Part shown: in pieces, positions 48,336 through 58,910 of the stretch
How the letters are laid out: every line of letters begins with the position of its first letter
Numbering within the stretch: position 1 is the stretch's first letter
Assembly (NCBI GenBank): GCA_035193785.1
Contig: CP136572.1
Location: 2,804,578-2,868,577, forward strand
Length of the DNA: 64,000 bases
From: Planktothrix sp. GU0601_MAG3
Lineage (GTDB): Bacteria; Cyanobacteriota; Cyanobacteriia; Cyanobacteriales; Microcoleaceae
Reading direction: 5' to 3'
The notes under the pieces: generated by a model
The model's database searches: none
What the model saw: the letters and a program-made list of their open reading frames with translations, nothing else
Told to the model about the DNA's origin: nothing
Position numbers and translations under genes: made by a program

Positions 48336-49169
48336 TTAGTTGGGCGGTAATTCTAAGGCAATATTTCCCAATAAACCCTTACGAAAATCATTTAACATTT
48401 GACGGGCAGTTCTTTCGATATCCCCTTTATGTTTATATTCTGCCAACTCCTGTAAATAAATATCTCCACTCAAAGCCGTAAACTCTAATTTATATCGGGA
48501 AACTAACAAATGTTGTAAATTAAAATCCTGTAACAACTCGATTAATACCGTAGCAACTTGTCGATTTTCATAGGACGCCTCCCCAATATCTTCACAAATT
48601 GCCAACTTTAAGGCATCTTCCTCCTTTCTGATTTTAGTTGGAATTACCCCAGGAGCATCTAATAATTCCAGACTCTCGGAAATTCTCACCCATTTCAAAT
48701 GACGAGTCACCCCCGCCCGTCTAGCACTATCCACAATTCGTCTATTCAATAACCGATTAATTAACGCCGATTTTCCCACGTTCGGAAAACCAATCACCGC
48801 CGCCCGCACTGGACGCGGTAACATCCCCCGTCCAGCCCGTTTTTCATTGATTTGTGACCCAGCAGCTTGGGCAGCCTTCGCCACCGCATCCACCCCATTT
48901 CCCAACCTAGAATTCGTAAAATAGGCCGTTTCCCCCTGTTCCTCAAACCATTCCTCCCACTGTCTCTGAATATGGGAGGGAATCATATCCATGCGGTTAA
49001 TCACCAGCACCTTCATTTTACTTCCCACCCACTGCGGAACATTAGGATGATGGGTCGTCAGAGGAATACGAGCATCTCGCACCTCCAAAATCACATCCAC
49101 CCGTTTCAGTTGTTCCTGAAGGGTGCGTTCCGCTTTAGCAATATGACCGGGATACCATTGGATAGACAT
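48336..49169 (-). CDS. rbgA: Ribosome biogenesis GTPase YlqF/RbgA
   Basis: IQWYPGH, DAR, GFPNVGKS, DAPG. Confidence 0.93.
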   Translation of the reverse strand: MSIQWYPGHIAKAERTLQEQLKRVDVILEVRDARIPLTTHHPNVPQWVGSKMKVLVINRMDMIPSHIQRQWEEWFEEQGETAYFTNSRLGNGVDAVAKAAQAAGSQINEKRAGRGMLPRPVRAAVIGFPNVGKSALINRLLNRRIVDSARRAGVTRHLKWVRISESLELLDAPGVIPTKIRKEEDALKLAICEDIGEASYENRQVATVLIELLQDFNLQHLLVSRYKLEFTALSGDIYLQELAEYKHKGDIERTARQMLNDFRKGLLGNIALELPPN

Positions 49170-49175
49170 AGGTTA

Positions 49176-49256
49176 GGGGGCAGGGGGAGTAGGAGCAGGG
49201 GGGCAGGGGGAGCGGGGGGAGCGGGGGGAGCGGGGGGAGCAGGGGGAGCAGGGGGC
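49176..49256 (+). repeat. G-rich nonamer tandem repeat (GGAGCRGGG)n
   Basis: About 8 copies; same family on the opposite strand at 56196-56263. Confidence 0.85.
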
Positions 49257-49305
49257 ATCCTCGTTTGCTAACCAATGGCTACTAACCGCTAACACCAATA
49301 CCCGG

Positions 49306-49723
49306 TTAAGGAACAATTAGGACGGGACAGGGAGACAAATTAATCACACGGTTAGTAACGCTATCGGCGGCATGATCTTCGGTCAGACCAATGCCCCGAC
49401 TACCCATGACAATTAAATCCGCATTAATTTCATCGGCAACGTCACAAATCGTAAAGGCGGGTTTTCCCTCTTTTTCTAGGATTTGGGCCTGAATACCATC
49501 CTTAGAAAACAGGAGTTTAACCTCTCCCAGTAAAGCCGCCACCGCTTCTGGAGACGTCATTTGTTCAGGATGGGGTTTAGGCTCGCTCACCTCGACAGTT
49601 GGTTCCACAACCGCCAGAAACATAGAGACTACACCCAAAGGTTTTGACTAGGTTTGTCACAATTACCGCCGCTTCGTGGGCTTCACGGCTTTGGTCAACA
49701 GCAAATAAAATGGTTTTAAACAT
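49306..49723 (-). CDS. Universal stress protein (frameshift near 49625)
   Basis: ATG 49723 gives MFKTILFAVDQSREA; ADLIVMGSRG; SPCPVLIVP. Confidence 0.88.
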
Positions 49724-49916
49724 AATCGGGCATCTGATACATTTACGCTTTCTATCTTTTGCTCCGAGACGCGGACTTAGGTAGAATGTTTACGGTGAAC
49801 GATTGTGTGGTAGACCTGATTTGGTTGAAGAACAGCATTAAACTGTCCGAACCCTTACCAATACCACCTGAATTTAATCTGATTTATACAAGAAAACATC
49901 CTAGGAGGATTATCCT

Positions 49917-51113
49917 GTGTCAAAAAAAACTGTAGCAGATTTATCATCATCAGATTTATCTGGAAAACGGGTATTAGTCCGCGTTGATTTTAATGTTCCC
50001 CTGGATAACGGTTCAATTACCGATGATACACGGATTCGTGCGGCTCTGCCGACTATCCAAGATTTAACTTCCAAAGGCGCTAAAGTGATTTTAACCAGCC
50101 ACTTTGGCCGTCCCAAAGGAGTGGACGAGTCCATGCGTTTAACCCCCGTGGCAACCCGGTTATCGGAATTGTTAGGTAAACCCGTTAAGAAATGTGACGA
50201 TTGTATTGGGGATGAAGTCGCCCAAGCGGTTGCAGCCATGGAAAATGGGGATGTCACCGTATTAGAAAATGTCCGTTTCTATTCCGAAGAAGAAAAAAAC
50301 GATCCTGAATTTGCTAAACAATTAGCTTCTGTTGCAGATTTATACGTTAATGATGCTTTTGGAACCGCCCACCGAGCCCATGCTTCTACTGAAGGAGTAA
50401 CTCATTATTTGCCTTCCGTGGCGGGTTATTTAATTGAAAAAGAACTCAAGTTTTTACAAGGCGCTATTGAAGAACCCAAACGTCCTTTAGCTGCTATTGT
50501 CGGCGGTTCTAAAGTGTCTTCTAAAATTGGTGTAATTGAAGCTCTTTTAGATAAATGCGATAAATTGCTGTTGGGCGGTGGGATGATTTTCACCTTCTAT
50601 AAAGCTCGCGGTTTGAATGTCGGTAACTCTTTGGTGGAAGAAGATAAACTGGAATTAGCCCGCGCTTTGGAAGCCAAAGCTAAAGAAAAAGGCGTGGCTT
50701 TCCTGTTACCTACCGATGTGATTGTTGCGGATAAATTTGCTCCCGATGCGGAAGCAAAAACCGTTAGCATTAATGATATTCCCGATGGTTGGATGGGATT
50801 AGATATTGGCCCCGATTCAATTAAAGTTTTCCAAGAAGCTTTAGGCGACTGTAAAACGGTAATTTGGAACGGCCCCATGGGGGTTTTTGAGTTTGAGAAA
50901 TTTGCCGCCGGGACAAAAGCGATCGCTTTAACTTTAGCAGATTTGACCAAAACAGGCACGATTACCATTATCGGTGGTGGTGACTCCGTTGCCGCCGTTG
51001 AACAGTTGAATTTAGGCGAACAAATGAGCCATATTTCCACTGGAGGCGGTGCTAGTTTGGAATTGTTAGAAGGGAAAGTATTACCCGGAATTGCAGCGTT
51101 AAATGATGCGTAA
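49917..51113 (+). CDS. pgk: Phosphoglycerate kinase
   Basis: [40 protein letters not shown]. Confidence 0.97.
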   Translation: MSKKTVADLSSSDLSGKRVLVRVDFNVPLDNGSITDDTRIRAALPTIQDLTSKGAKVILTSHFGRPKGVDESMRLTPVATRLSELLGKPVKKCDDCIGDEVAQAVAAMENGDVTVLENVRFYSEEEKNDPEFAKQLASVADLYVNDAFGTAHRAHASTEGVTHYLPSVAGYLIEKELKFLQGAIEEPKRPLAAIVGGSKVSSKIGVIEALLDKCDKLLLGGGMIFTFYKARGLNVGNSLVEEDKLELARALEAKAKEKGVAFLLPTDVIVADKFAPDAEAKTVSINDIPDGWMGLDIGPDSIKVFQEALGDCKTVIWNGPMGVFEFEKFAAGTKAIALTLADLTKTGTITIIGGGDSVAAVEQLNLGEQMSHISTGGGASLELLEGKVLPGIAALNDA

Positions 51114-51140
51114 TTTCAGATTTAGTTAACATCAATTTGT

Positions 51141-51180
51141 GGGGAATATGGCAATGTCATATTCCCTATAATTTTTTATT
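51141..51180 (+). terminator. pgk terminator
   Basis: GGGAATATGGCA-A-TGTCATATTCCC followed by a T-rich tail. Confidence 0.7.
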
Positions 51181-51290
51181 CTAATTAAAAAAATTTAAAC
51201 AATGGCATTGGACTAGATATTATAAAAATAAAATGTCATAAAAATCAGCTATAATTTAGGATAAGGTGCTGGTTAACTTACCATCCTAGG

Positions 51291-51921
51291 ATGACTATGA
51301 TTAGAGTTGCAGACAAAATTATGAAGCGGATTCGTGGCTATGGTCGCGGTCGGTGGGTTTGCACACCCAAAGACTTCCTTGACCTAGGTAGTAGAAACCG
51401 CTATAGATAAAGCACTGTCTCGTCTAGTTAAGGATGGTTCACTGCGACGTATAAGCAAAGGCTTATACGATCTTCCTCGCATGAGCAGTATATTAAAACG
51501 TCCAGCCCCACCGGATATTGATGCCGCGATCAAAGCACTAGCAAGACGAGATGACAAAAAATTTATGCCCGATGGTATCGTTGCAGCAAATAGTTTAGGC
51601 TTGACAAATGCTGTTCCTGCTAAGATGGCTTATCTTACAAATGGCACAACAAGAATCTTAAATGTGGGAGGTCGTACTGTTCAGATCAAACACGCCAGAA
51701 AGCACTTAATGTCATGGTTAAAGCGTCCAGGGTTAACAGTTGTTTTAGCCCTAGATTGGCTTGGCAAACAAGCAGTTTCTGGAACGGAAGTTGTTAATAT
51801 CTTGCGATCTCGTTTACCTGATCATGTTAAGCAAGACTTGGTAAAAGGTATCGATCTTTTGCCCTCTTGGATGGCAAAAATTGTAGATAGTATTACTCAA
51901 AGTGTAAGTGCTGCTGTGTGA
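51291..51921 (+). CDS. DUF6088 / AbiEi-like type IV antitoxin (frameshift near 51396)
   Basis: VCTPKDFLDLGS, DKALSRL..G.LRR...GLY, AANSLGLTNAVPAK..YLT. Confidence 0.8.
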
Positions 51922-51960
51922 TGAATCAGGAATTTAAACGCTTTCTTGAATTATCTACTC
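51921..51960 (+). pseudogene. Probable 5' stub of the cognate AbiEii nucleotidyltransferase toxin
   Basis: TGATG coupling to the antitoxin stop; MNQEFKRFLELS, then unrelated sequence. Confidence 0.5.
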
Positions 51961-52996
51961 GGAAGGTACTTGATTGTCTTCTTTTCCATATTTTTGGAAA
52001 CAATTATCAACAACAAATCCTCGGTCATACTTTGAAATTGTGTAACCATATACATTATTATTAGAAAAATTTTTGATAGTAGATCTCTTAGTTAAATACG
52101 TGAAAAGGCTTATGGCTGGCAACCACTCAGACTCATTAGCTTTTGAGATTTTAATTTTTTTAACTAATTTTTTCGGCTGATCTTGCGAAATATAATATAT
52201 TGATCCGATATCGGTACCAATATATTTATTAGGTTTAACTACATATTGTAATAGCTCAGAACTTTCTGGCTCAAGTTTCCATTCATAACACAAGTTATCA
52301 TTCTCAAGACCCACTTTTGCCCCGATAACTGCACTATGGAGGAATGGAGAGGATGCAAGTAGCAAAAATTCTGCTACTTCTATATAATTTTCAACTTCAT
52401 CACGATTAACTGCTATATACTTATGTTCTACATCATTTCTTTTCTTATTTAAAAGAGATATGATGTTTGTCGGGAATATTTCTAACTTTTTAATAATTTT
52501 GAGTTTGTTTGGAAAATTTGTTTCAGCTTTGGAAACATAAGCTTCATTTAACCCAAAGATTTCTAAAATTTTTTCAATTGTCAAATGAATAGCACGTTTA
52601 GCATTACCTAAAGAGTTACTTGCGCCTCTGCTATTATTTAGTTTCAAGATCTGATTTTGCAAAGTCAAGATATTCAAAAGGTTCGTGACCTTTGGGATTT
52701 AGTTTATGATAACAAAGTGTAGAAGTTGGAAGTGCATATGTTATCAATGATCTATACCCTTTTGAAAAATCAGCATCTCTATCTCGTAAAATATAGAAAT
52801 CTTGAAGTTTTTCAAGTTGAGAGTTTTGAAGATCAATAAGCAGTTGAGGTTGGCTTTTTTCCAAAGATTTATTCCCTTGAACTTGATTTTGTATATTATC
52901 AATATACTCTTGCAAATGCTCTACAATCCGATCTTGTAATTCAATGGGTAAAGACTCCATCATTTTAATAACAGTGGTAATTGCTGGTGATGACAT
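51955..52996 (-). CDS. Probable single ~346-aa protein: antitoxin-like N-terminus plus HEPN-like domain (frameshift near 52637)
   Basis: Removing one A joins PFEYLDFAKSDLET to NNSRGASNSLGNAKRAIH; RxxxxH motif RNDVEH. Confidence 0.6.
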
Positions 52997-53091
52997 TTGG
53001 TAAACTCCTTATACAATCTTTGTCTCTGTTCGCAGGCTAACTTTAATTTTAGATGTAAAATAGTTGAATCAACCCAATTATAATAGATAAT

Positions 53092-53340
53092 ATGGAAGCA
53101 ACAGATATCAACATTCAACAAATGCCGATTCTTATAGGACAGAAAGGAGAAATTACCATTCCCCAGGTTATACAAGATTCCCTCAATATTAACGAGGGAG
53201 ATAACCTAATATTACTACAAATCGGTGATTTAATTGTACTGACTCCCCAACAACCTCAAGTTCCTCAACTGATTGATCAGATCGCAACTCTGATGGATAA
53301 TGAAAATGTCAGTTTGAATGATTTATTAGCAGGCTTGTAA
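53092..53340 (+). CDS. AbrB/MazE/SpoVT-family DNA-binding protein (orphan antitoxin-like)
   Basis: IGQKGEITIPQ...LNINEGD. Confidence 0.75.
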   Translation: MEATDINIQQMPILIGQKGEITIPQVIQDSLNINEGDNLILLQIGDLIVLTPQQPQVPQLIDQIATLMDNENVSLNDLLAGL

Positions 53341-53427
53341 CCAAACATTATTTAACAAAAAAAGCAAGGAAAGAAAATTGAATATTCCTAATTTTAGGAT
53401 GGTTTCAACTTACTTTCCTATACTATT

Positions 53428-53703
53428 TTATTTTAAAATAGGTTTGGTTAAATGACTACAATCAACATCATTAACAATCCTAGAATCAATCCTTGCAGGT
53501 TGAACTTCAACACCGGGAGGTAAAGGACGATTTTCGAGATGGAAAACGACTTTTTTACAGACCATTTGACTATTCCCAACTGAAGCATAATCCCAAATAT
53601 ACACTTCTGAATTGGGGGATGTGGCATTAGCGGGGGGAATCACCCAGGAACTCAGCAAAACGATTTCTAAAGCCACTAAAGCTGCAATCACAAACTTTAG
53701 CAT
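53428..53703 (-). CDS. Small secreted hypothetical protein
   Basis: Signal peptide ending ANA; two Cys. Confidence 0.55.
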   Translation of the reverse strand: MLKFVIAALVALEIVLLSSWVIPPANATSPNSEVYIWDYASVGNSQMVCKKVVFHLENRPLPPGVEVQPARIDSRIVNDVDCSHLTKPILK

Positions 53704-53819
53704 AACTTACCCATGGTTGATAAATTCAGGACTAATATTAGTATACCCAATATTGCCAGGTGATCGGACAATCTACACTCAGTTTGACGGAATTGGCGAT
53801 CGCTTAATTTTAAATAACA

Positions 53820-54752
53820 TTAAGAAACTGTTTTTTCTGTTTTTGGCGGTGCGATCGCTTTGCCATTTACCTCTTGTAAATAAAACCCTCCCACGGTAAT
53901 TAAAAACAGTAAATAACTCACAATTTGGACAAAATACAATTGATCTCGATAGCCAAATAAAGCTTTTAAAACAATCCCGGGAAATTGTTTGTCGGGTAAA
54001 AATCCCTGGGCATTTAAGACCAAATTTCCCAATAAACAAGACGCTGGTTGAGTCGAACAGAATCCCGCATATTCTGGATTGATTTGGGCTAATATTCCTA
54101 CTCCCGCATCCAAATGTTTGAGAACCGAAATTACCAATCCCGCTACAATTAATAATAGAAAAATCCCCATGATTTGAAAAAACAAACGAATATTAATTTT
54201 TACCCCCCACTTAAATAGTAATATTCCCAAACCCGCAGCTACCAATAAGCCTAAAACCGCCCCGATAGCGGGCATAATTCCCTGTTCAAATGTGGCTAAT
54301 ATAAACACAACGGTTTCCAGACCTTCGCGTAAAACCGCAATAAAAATTAACCCAAAAATTGCCCATCCTGCTGCTATTTTATTTTGATTAATAGCCGCTT
54401 TAACCGCCCCTTCCACTTCCGATTTTAAGGATTTAGCTTGTTGGGTCATCCAAATTAACATCCAACTTAACATGGCGATCGCAAATAACCCAATTCCCGC
54501 CTCTAAAAATTCCCCAAAAACCGGGGCGTAGGGATGTTCAGAAGTAGCAATTCCTTGAATTAGCCATCCAAATAATAGACCAAAAAATGCACTGGCAATA
54601 ATTCCCACTCCCACTCCCGAAAATACCCAGGAATTGAGATAACTTTGTTCGGCTTTTTTCAAACAAGCCAGGACAATTCCCACTACTAAAGCGGCTTCAA
54701 AACCTTCTCTTAAAGTAATAAAAAACGTAGGTAATGCTTGGGTTATACTCAT
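53820..54752 (-). CDS. FTR1-family iron permease
   Basis: Two REGxE motifs. Confidence 0.92.
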   Translation of the reverse strand: MSITQALPTFFITLREGFEAALVVGIVLACLKKAEQSYLNSWVFSGVGVGIIASAFFGLLFGWLIQGIATSEHPYAPVFGEFLEAGIGLFAIAMLSWMLIWMTQQAKSLKSEVEGAVKAAINQNKIAAGWAIFGLIFIAVLREGLETVVFILATFEQGIMPAIGAVLGLLVAAGLGILLFKWGVKINIRLFFQIMGIFLLLIVAGLVISVLKHLDAGVGILAQINPEYAGFCSTQPASCLLGNLVLNAQGFLPDKQFPGIVLKALFGYRDQLYFVQIVSYLLFLITVGGFYLQEVNGKAIAPPKTEKTVS

Positions 54753-54824
54753 AATAATTGTTTGAAACCAGTTGAATAAATGGCTGGATAGGCTGGAATT
54801 AACCAGCCCAAAGATTATCTCAGA

Positions 54825-55259
54825 TTAACTGAAATCCCGTAACATTTTCTTGATCTCAATATTATGTAATTCCTCCTGACCAATCATGGTACGAGCATAT
54901 TCTTCCAAATAAATACTCGCATTTTCAACAACTTCTAGCAACTCCTTATACAATTCTAAAGCCTTGCGCTCATGCGCCAAACTTTCCTGTAAAAGATCCC
55001 TGACCGAATGTTGATAACTTTCCTCAATGGGAGCAATTTTCTGACTAGGATGTCCTTCTAAACCTGTAAGAATTTCTCCAGCTTGTTGAGCATGAAGTAA
55101 AGATTCTGCGGCTTGAGCCTTGAAAAACTGTACAATGGGTAAACGATTTGGCCCAGTTACCATCAAAGAATAATGGGTATAACGCACCACTCCCGCTAAC
55201 TCGAATTCCATGATCGTGTTGAGAAGTTCAATTGCTTTTGGTAGATCGAGATCTCTCAT
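54825..55259 (-). CDS. Ferritin-like/bacterioferritin protein
   Basis: ELAGVVRY, ESLLHA, E..ALELY, EELH. Confidence 0.88.
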   Translation of the reverse strand: MRDLDLPKAIELLNTIMEFELAGVVRYTHYSLMVTGPNRLPIVQFFKAQAAESLLHAQQAGEILTGLEGHPSQKIAPIEESYQHSVRDLLQESLAHERKALELYKELLEVVENASIYLEEYARTMIGQEELHNIEIKKMLRDFS

Positions 55260-55693
55260 ATTTTGTCTTTTAACTAAAAAACACTTTACTTATTATGGCA
55301 ATAGTTTATGCTTTTTAGAATAATGAGTTACAATTGTCATCTCCCCCCAAAAGTAATTCTTAAGATTTATATAAAATTTCTGCTGTATCGGTTCACCTAC
55401 CCTATTTTTTCCGTTTAGGGGTAAGTAGATAACCCACTAAAGAATTGTTGCAAGATCTATTCACCTTAGAACAGTGTAGTTTACCGTTAGATGATTAAGC
55501 GTTTTGAAATAGTCTAGGTTTGTCAAATCGTTTAATTCTCGCCCACACTGATCGAAAGGTAAAGTATGGACTTGGTGATTTTGCCAAGGATGGCCTAAGC
55601 CTGGACTTCAGCCCAGGTTTAGGACTTAGATCCCCTCCATTTCAGTTAAAATCGATTGGTACTGCATATTTTTTTTAAACAAGGAGACGAAAA

Positions 55694-56111
55694 ATGCAAG
55701 AAACCCACGAAGATCACGGACACATCCACCCCTAGCGGAGCCAAAATAGATGTCACTGTAGAAACAGGTGGTGCCATTACCTCCCCTTCAACCAATGCCC
55801 AGTTTGATGAAATTAAGGAAAAAGTTGTAGTCGTCCTATCCGAACTTCCGGGTTATATCTCTAGTTTTTTTGGCTCCTACCAAAAACCGATTATTACCAT
55901 TGTTCTGATTTTATCTACTCTTGTGACTCTGAAGGTGTTATTTGCGGTAATTGATGCCCTGAATGACGTTCCCCTTTTAGCTCCAACCTTTGAGTTAATT
56001 GGTATGGGATATACCGCTTGGTTTGTCTACCGTTACCTGCTCAAAGCCTCAACCCGTCAAGAATTGGTTCAAGAATTCAAATCCTACAAAGAGCAAGTTA
56101 CAGGCGACTAA
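55694..56111 (+). CDS. curT: CAAD-domain thylakoid curvature protein CurT (frameshift near 55702)
   Basis: AAGGAG RBS and ATG 55694; PLLAPTFELIGMGYTAWFVYRYLL. Confidence 0.88.
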
Positions 56112-56195
56112 CTTTAAGATAGGGACAGGAGACAGGAGACAAAAACCGAGGACATAAGACAAAAACCGAGGACATAAGACCAGAGCTAATAATTT

Positions 56196-56263
56196 ACCCC
56201 CCTGCCTCCCCTACCTCCCCTGCTCCCCCCGCTCCCCTACTCCCCCCGCTCCTCCTGCTCCCC
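56196..56263 (-). repeat. G-rich nonamer tandem repeat between convergent curT and rpaA
   Basis: (CCCCTGCTC)-type copies. Confidence 0.8.
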
Positions 56264-57047
56264 CTATTTCTTCTTCCCCTTGGCTCCATTGCCGTCCATC
56301 GAAGACTCTGTAGGGATGGCGAGATCATCGGGTTTCCCCTTACCCGTGGTAAGTTCCAGACAATATCCCGCACCGTAGACGGTTTTAATATATCGAGGAT
56401 GACGGGGATCGGGTTCCATCTTCGTGCGTAAATGACGAATATGAACTCGGATCGTCTCGATATCATCATTGGGGTCATAACCCCAAACCTCCTTTAAAAT
56501 CTCACTAGGCGCGACGGTTTGACCATGACGTTGCAGCAAGCAATGTAAGAGTTCAAATTCCAAATGGGTTAACTTAACGGTGTTCTCAAACCAAATCGCC
56601 TCAAACCTTTCCGGGACTAGGGTTAAAGCCCCATAACTGAGAATTTCGCTATGTTTAGCCGCCTGGGGAATACGATCGGTTCTTCGTAACAGAGCCCTAA
56701 CCCTGGCCAGCATTTCTTCTAATTCAAAAGGTTTAGTTAAATAATCATCAGCCCCCGAATTAAACCCTTCAACTTTGTTTTGGGTTTGTCCCAATGCCGT
56801 TAACATCAACACCGGAATATCTGCCGTGCGTTTCATCCCGGCGTAAACGTTGGCAAATGGTGAACCCGTCCACCTTCGGCAACATCAAATCTAAAATAAT
56901 TAAATCTGGCAACAATTGCATCGCCAGGGCCTGTCCTTTAATCCCATCTTCCGCTTGGCTCACTTCATAACCAGCCATTTCTAGGTTGATGGCTACCAAT
57001 TCCGAGATTGCGGGGTCATCATCTATGACTAATATCCGGGGCATCAT
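56264..57047 (-). CDS. rpaA: OmpR-family circadian output regulator RpaA (frameshift near 56832)
   Basis: [49 protein letters not shown]. Confidence 0.93.
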
Positions 57048-57333
57048 TTAATCGGGTGATTTGGGCATCATCAGTGATCAGTTATCGGGAAACAGTTATC
57101 AGTAAAGATAAAATATAAATCTCTACTCTCTATTCTTGATTTTTAACTGATAACTGAAACGGCGCGTTATATCGTAACATTTTTTGGTTTTTTGTGCAAC
57201 AATTCTTGAAGTCAGAATTAATTATTGCACAAATTCATTCCCGGGGATGAATTGAGCTTCGGCAATTGTAAAAATAAGTGACAAACAAAAATCAAAATTA
57301 GCAACTTTCAAGGTATGATTATCCTAAAGGACT

Positions 57334-57347
57334 GTATCAGCATATAC
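57334..57347. promoter_or_regulatory. Putative NtcA site GTA-N8-TAC upstream of gvpA
   Basis: GTATCAGCATATAC, downstream of a -10-like TATGAT at 57314-57319. Confidence 0.4.
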
Positions 57348-57381
57348 CCAGTTCCTTATACCAAAAAGGAGTAATAGACTC

Positions 57382-57600
57382 ATGGCCGTTGAAAAAGTGA
57401 ACTCATCCTCCAGTCTCGCCGAGGTCATCGATCGGATCTTAGATAAGGGCATTGTGATTGACGCTTGGGTGCGGGTTTCCCTCGTTGGAATCGAACTTTT
57501 ATCCATAGAAGCAAGAATCGTGATTGCTTCTGTCGAAACCTATCTCAAATACGCAGAAGCCGTTGGTTTAACCGCACAGGCGGCCGTTCCTGCGGTTTAA
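57382..57600 (+). CDS. gvpA: Major gas vesicle protein
   Basis: [35 protein letters not shown]. Confidence 0.98.
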   Translation: MAVEKVNSSSSLAEVIDRILDKGIVIDAWVRVSLVGIELLSIEARIVIASVETYLKYAEAVGLTAQAAVPAV

Positions 57601-57779
57601 GATTGAAGGAATTGGCAATGGGTATGGTGCAAAAAAAAGCACAATGATTCACCCATTGTGACTTGGGGTAGGGTTTAACCGATTGATAGTCATGGTGTAA
57701 GTTTAATCAGCGGAATTCACTGCCCATACCCAATGCCCAGAAATTCACAACCCACCGACGCGAGGGTTTCAAAAAAATT

Positions 57780-58803
57780 ATGGCTTTAAAAGATGAGTGG
57801 CAACGGGAGCGCCTCGGACGCCAACAGGGAATTCAAGAACGTCAACAGCACGTTCAAACCACCCTGTCCCTTTGGCAACAAGAGCGCCAAAATCAGGCCT
57901 TAGACGATCAAGAATCTCGACGGGGGTTTGTCGCTAGTTTACAACAACAAACCCACGAATTATTAACCAACAGCAACACCGAACGTCTGTTGGTTGCCCA
58001 GGAACAGCGACAACAACTGGAAGACTTTATCGGGCAGTTATCCCAAGAAGTCGGTAGATTTTTACAACAAACCACCGAAGAACGCTCACAGGTCGCAACC
58101 CAACTACATCAGCAGTTATCTGAATTTCGGGAAGACCTGGAATATCGGGTAGCAGATTTGTTGGCTAATTATCAGCAACGACGCCGAGAAGTTCGGGAAA
58201 CCCTTACTTGAGGACTTAGCTGTTTTTCGCCAAACCCTCTCTCGGGAAGTCGAAGAATATTTAGGGGAGTTGGATATTCTGCACCAACAAATGGCCGCAC
58301 AATTACAACAACAACTGCAACAGAGTCGGACGGAAAGAAACAACGCTGTTCAGAAGTTATTTGAAGATTTAGCGGGATTTCGCGCCGAACTGCAAGATTA
58401 TCACCTGAAACTCCAACAGACCGTTTGGGGAAGTTCCCATCGACAACCCCGAAAAGTTGTCACTCCGCCCAGGTCTATTACTCCGAAAAAAACTATTGTT
58501 TCTCATCAATCACCCCTTTATTCCAAACCTCCCTTAAAGCCCAAAACTGCTCCTAAACCCCAAGCCATTCCCCATTCTATTAAACCCCAACCCACCTTTA
58601 CCCCCTCTGCGCCCCAACCGGGCACCCCGGATCAACGGGTTTATCAGTATATCCAAACCCATCAAAACGGCGCTCGGTTAGCCGAAATTGAGCAAGCTCT
58701 GGGGATTAATCGGGTGCAGACCGTGGATGCGATTCGGGTATTATTACAACGGGGACACATTGCCCAACGCGATCGCGTTTATATTCCGGTGAAAAAATCC
58801 TAG
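57780..58803 (+). CDS. gvpC: Gas vesicle protein GvpC, Planktothrix type, long form with C-terminal winged helix (frameshift near 58200)
   Basis: MALKDEWQ..RQQG.QERQQ; Q/E-rich helical repeats; between gvpA and gvpN. Confidence 0.85.
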
Positions 58804-58910
58804 GGTTGAGGGTTTCTCCCCCATGGATAGTTCCCTGCTATAAGATTAAATTAAGCCTGCCGCCTATCCCTAACTCGGCAGTATTTTAGCTGAATAACGC
58901 CATTAAAAAT

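Noticed and set aside
48867..49271. Gly/Ala-rich ORF (GAGGAGG), and likewise 56194-56478
   Set aside because: Translation of intergenic nonamer repeats plus antisense or alternate-frame sequence.
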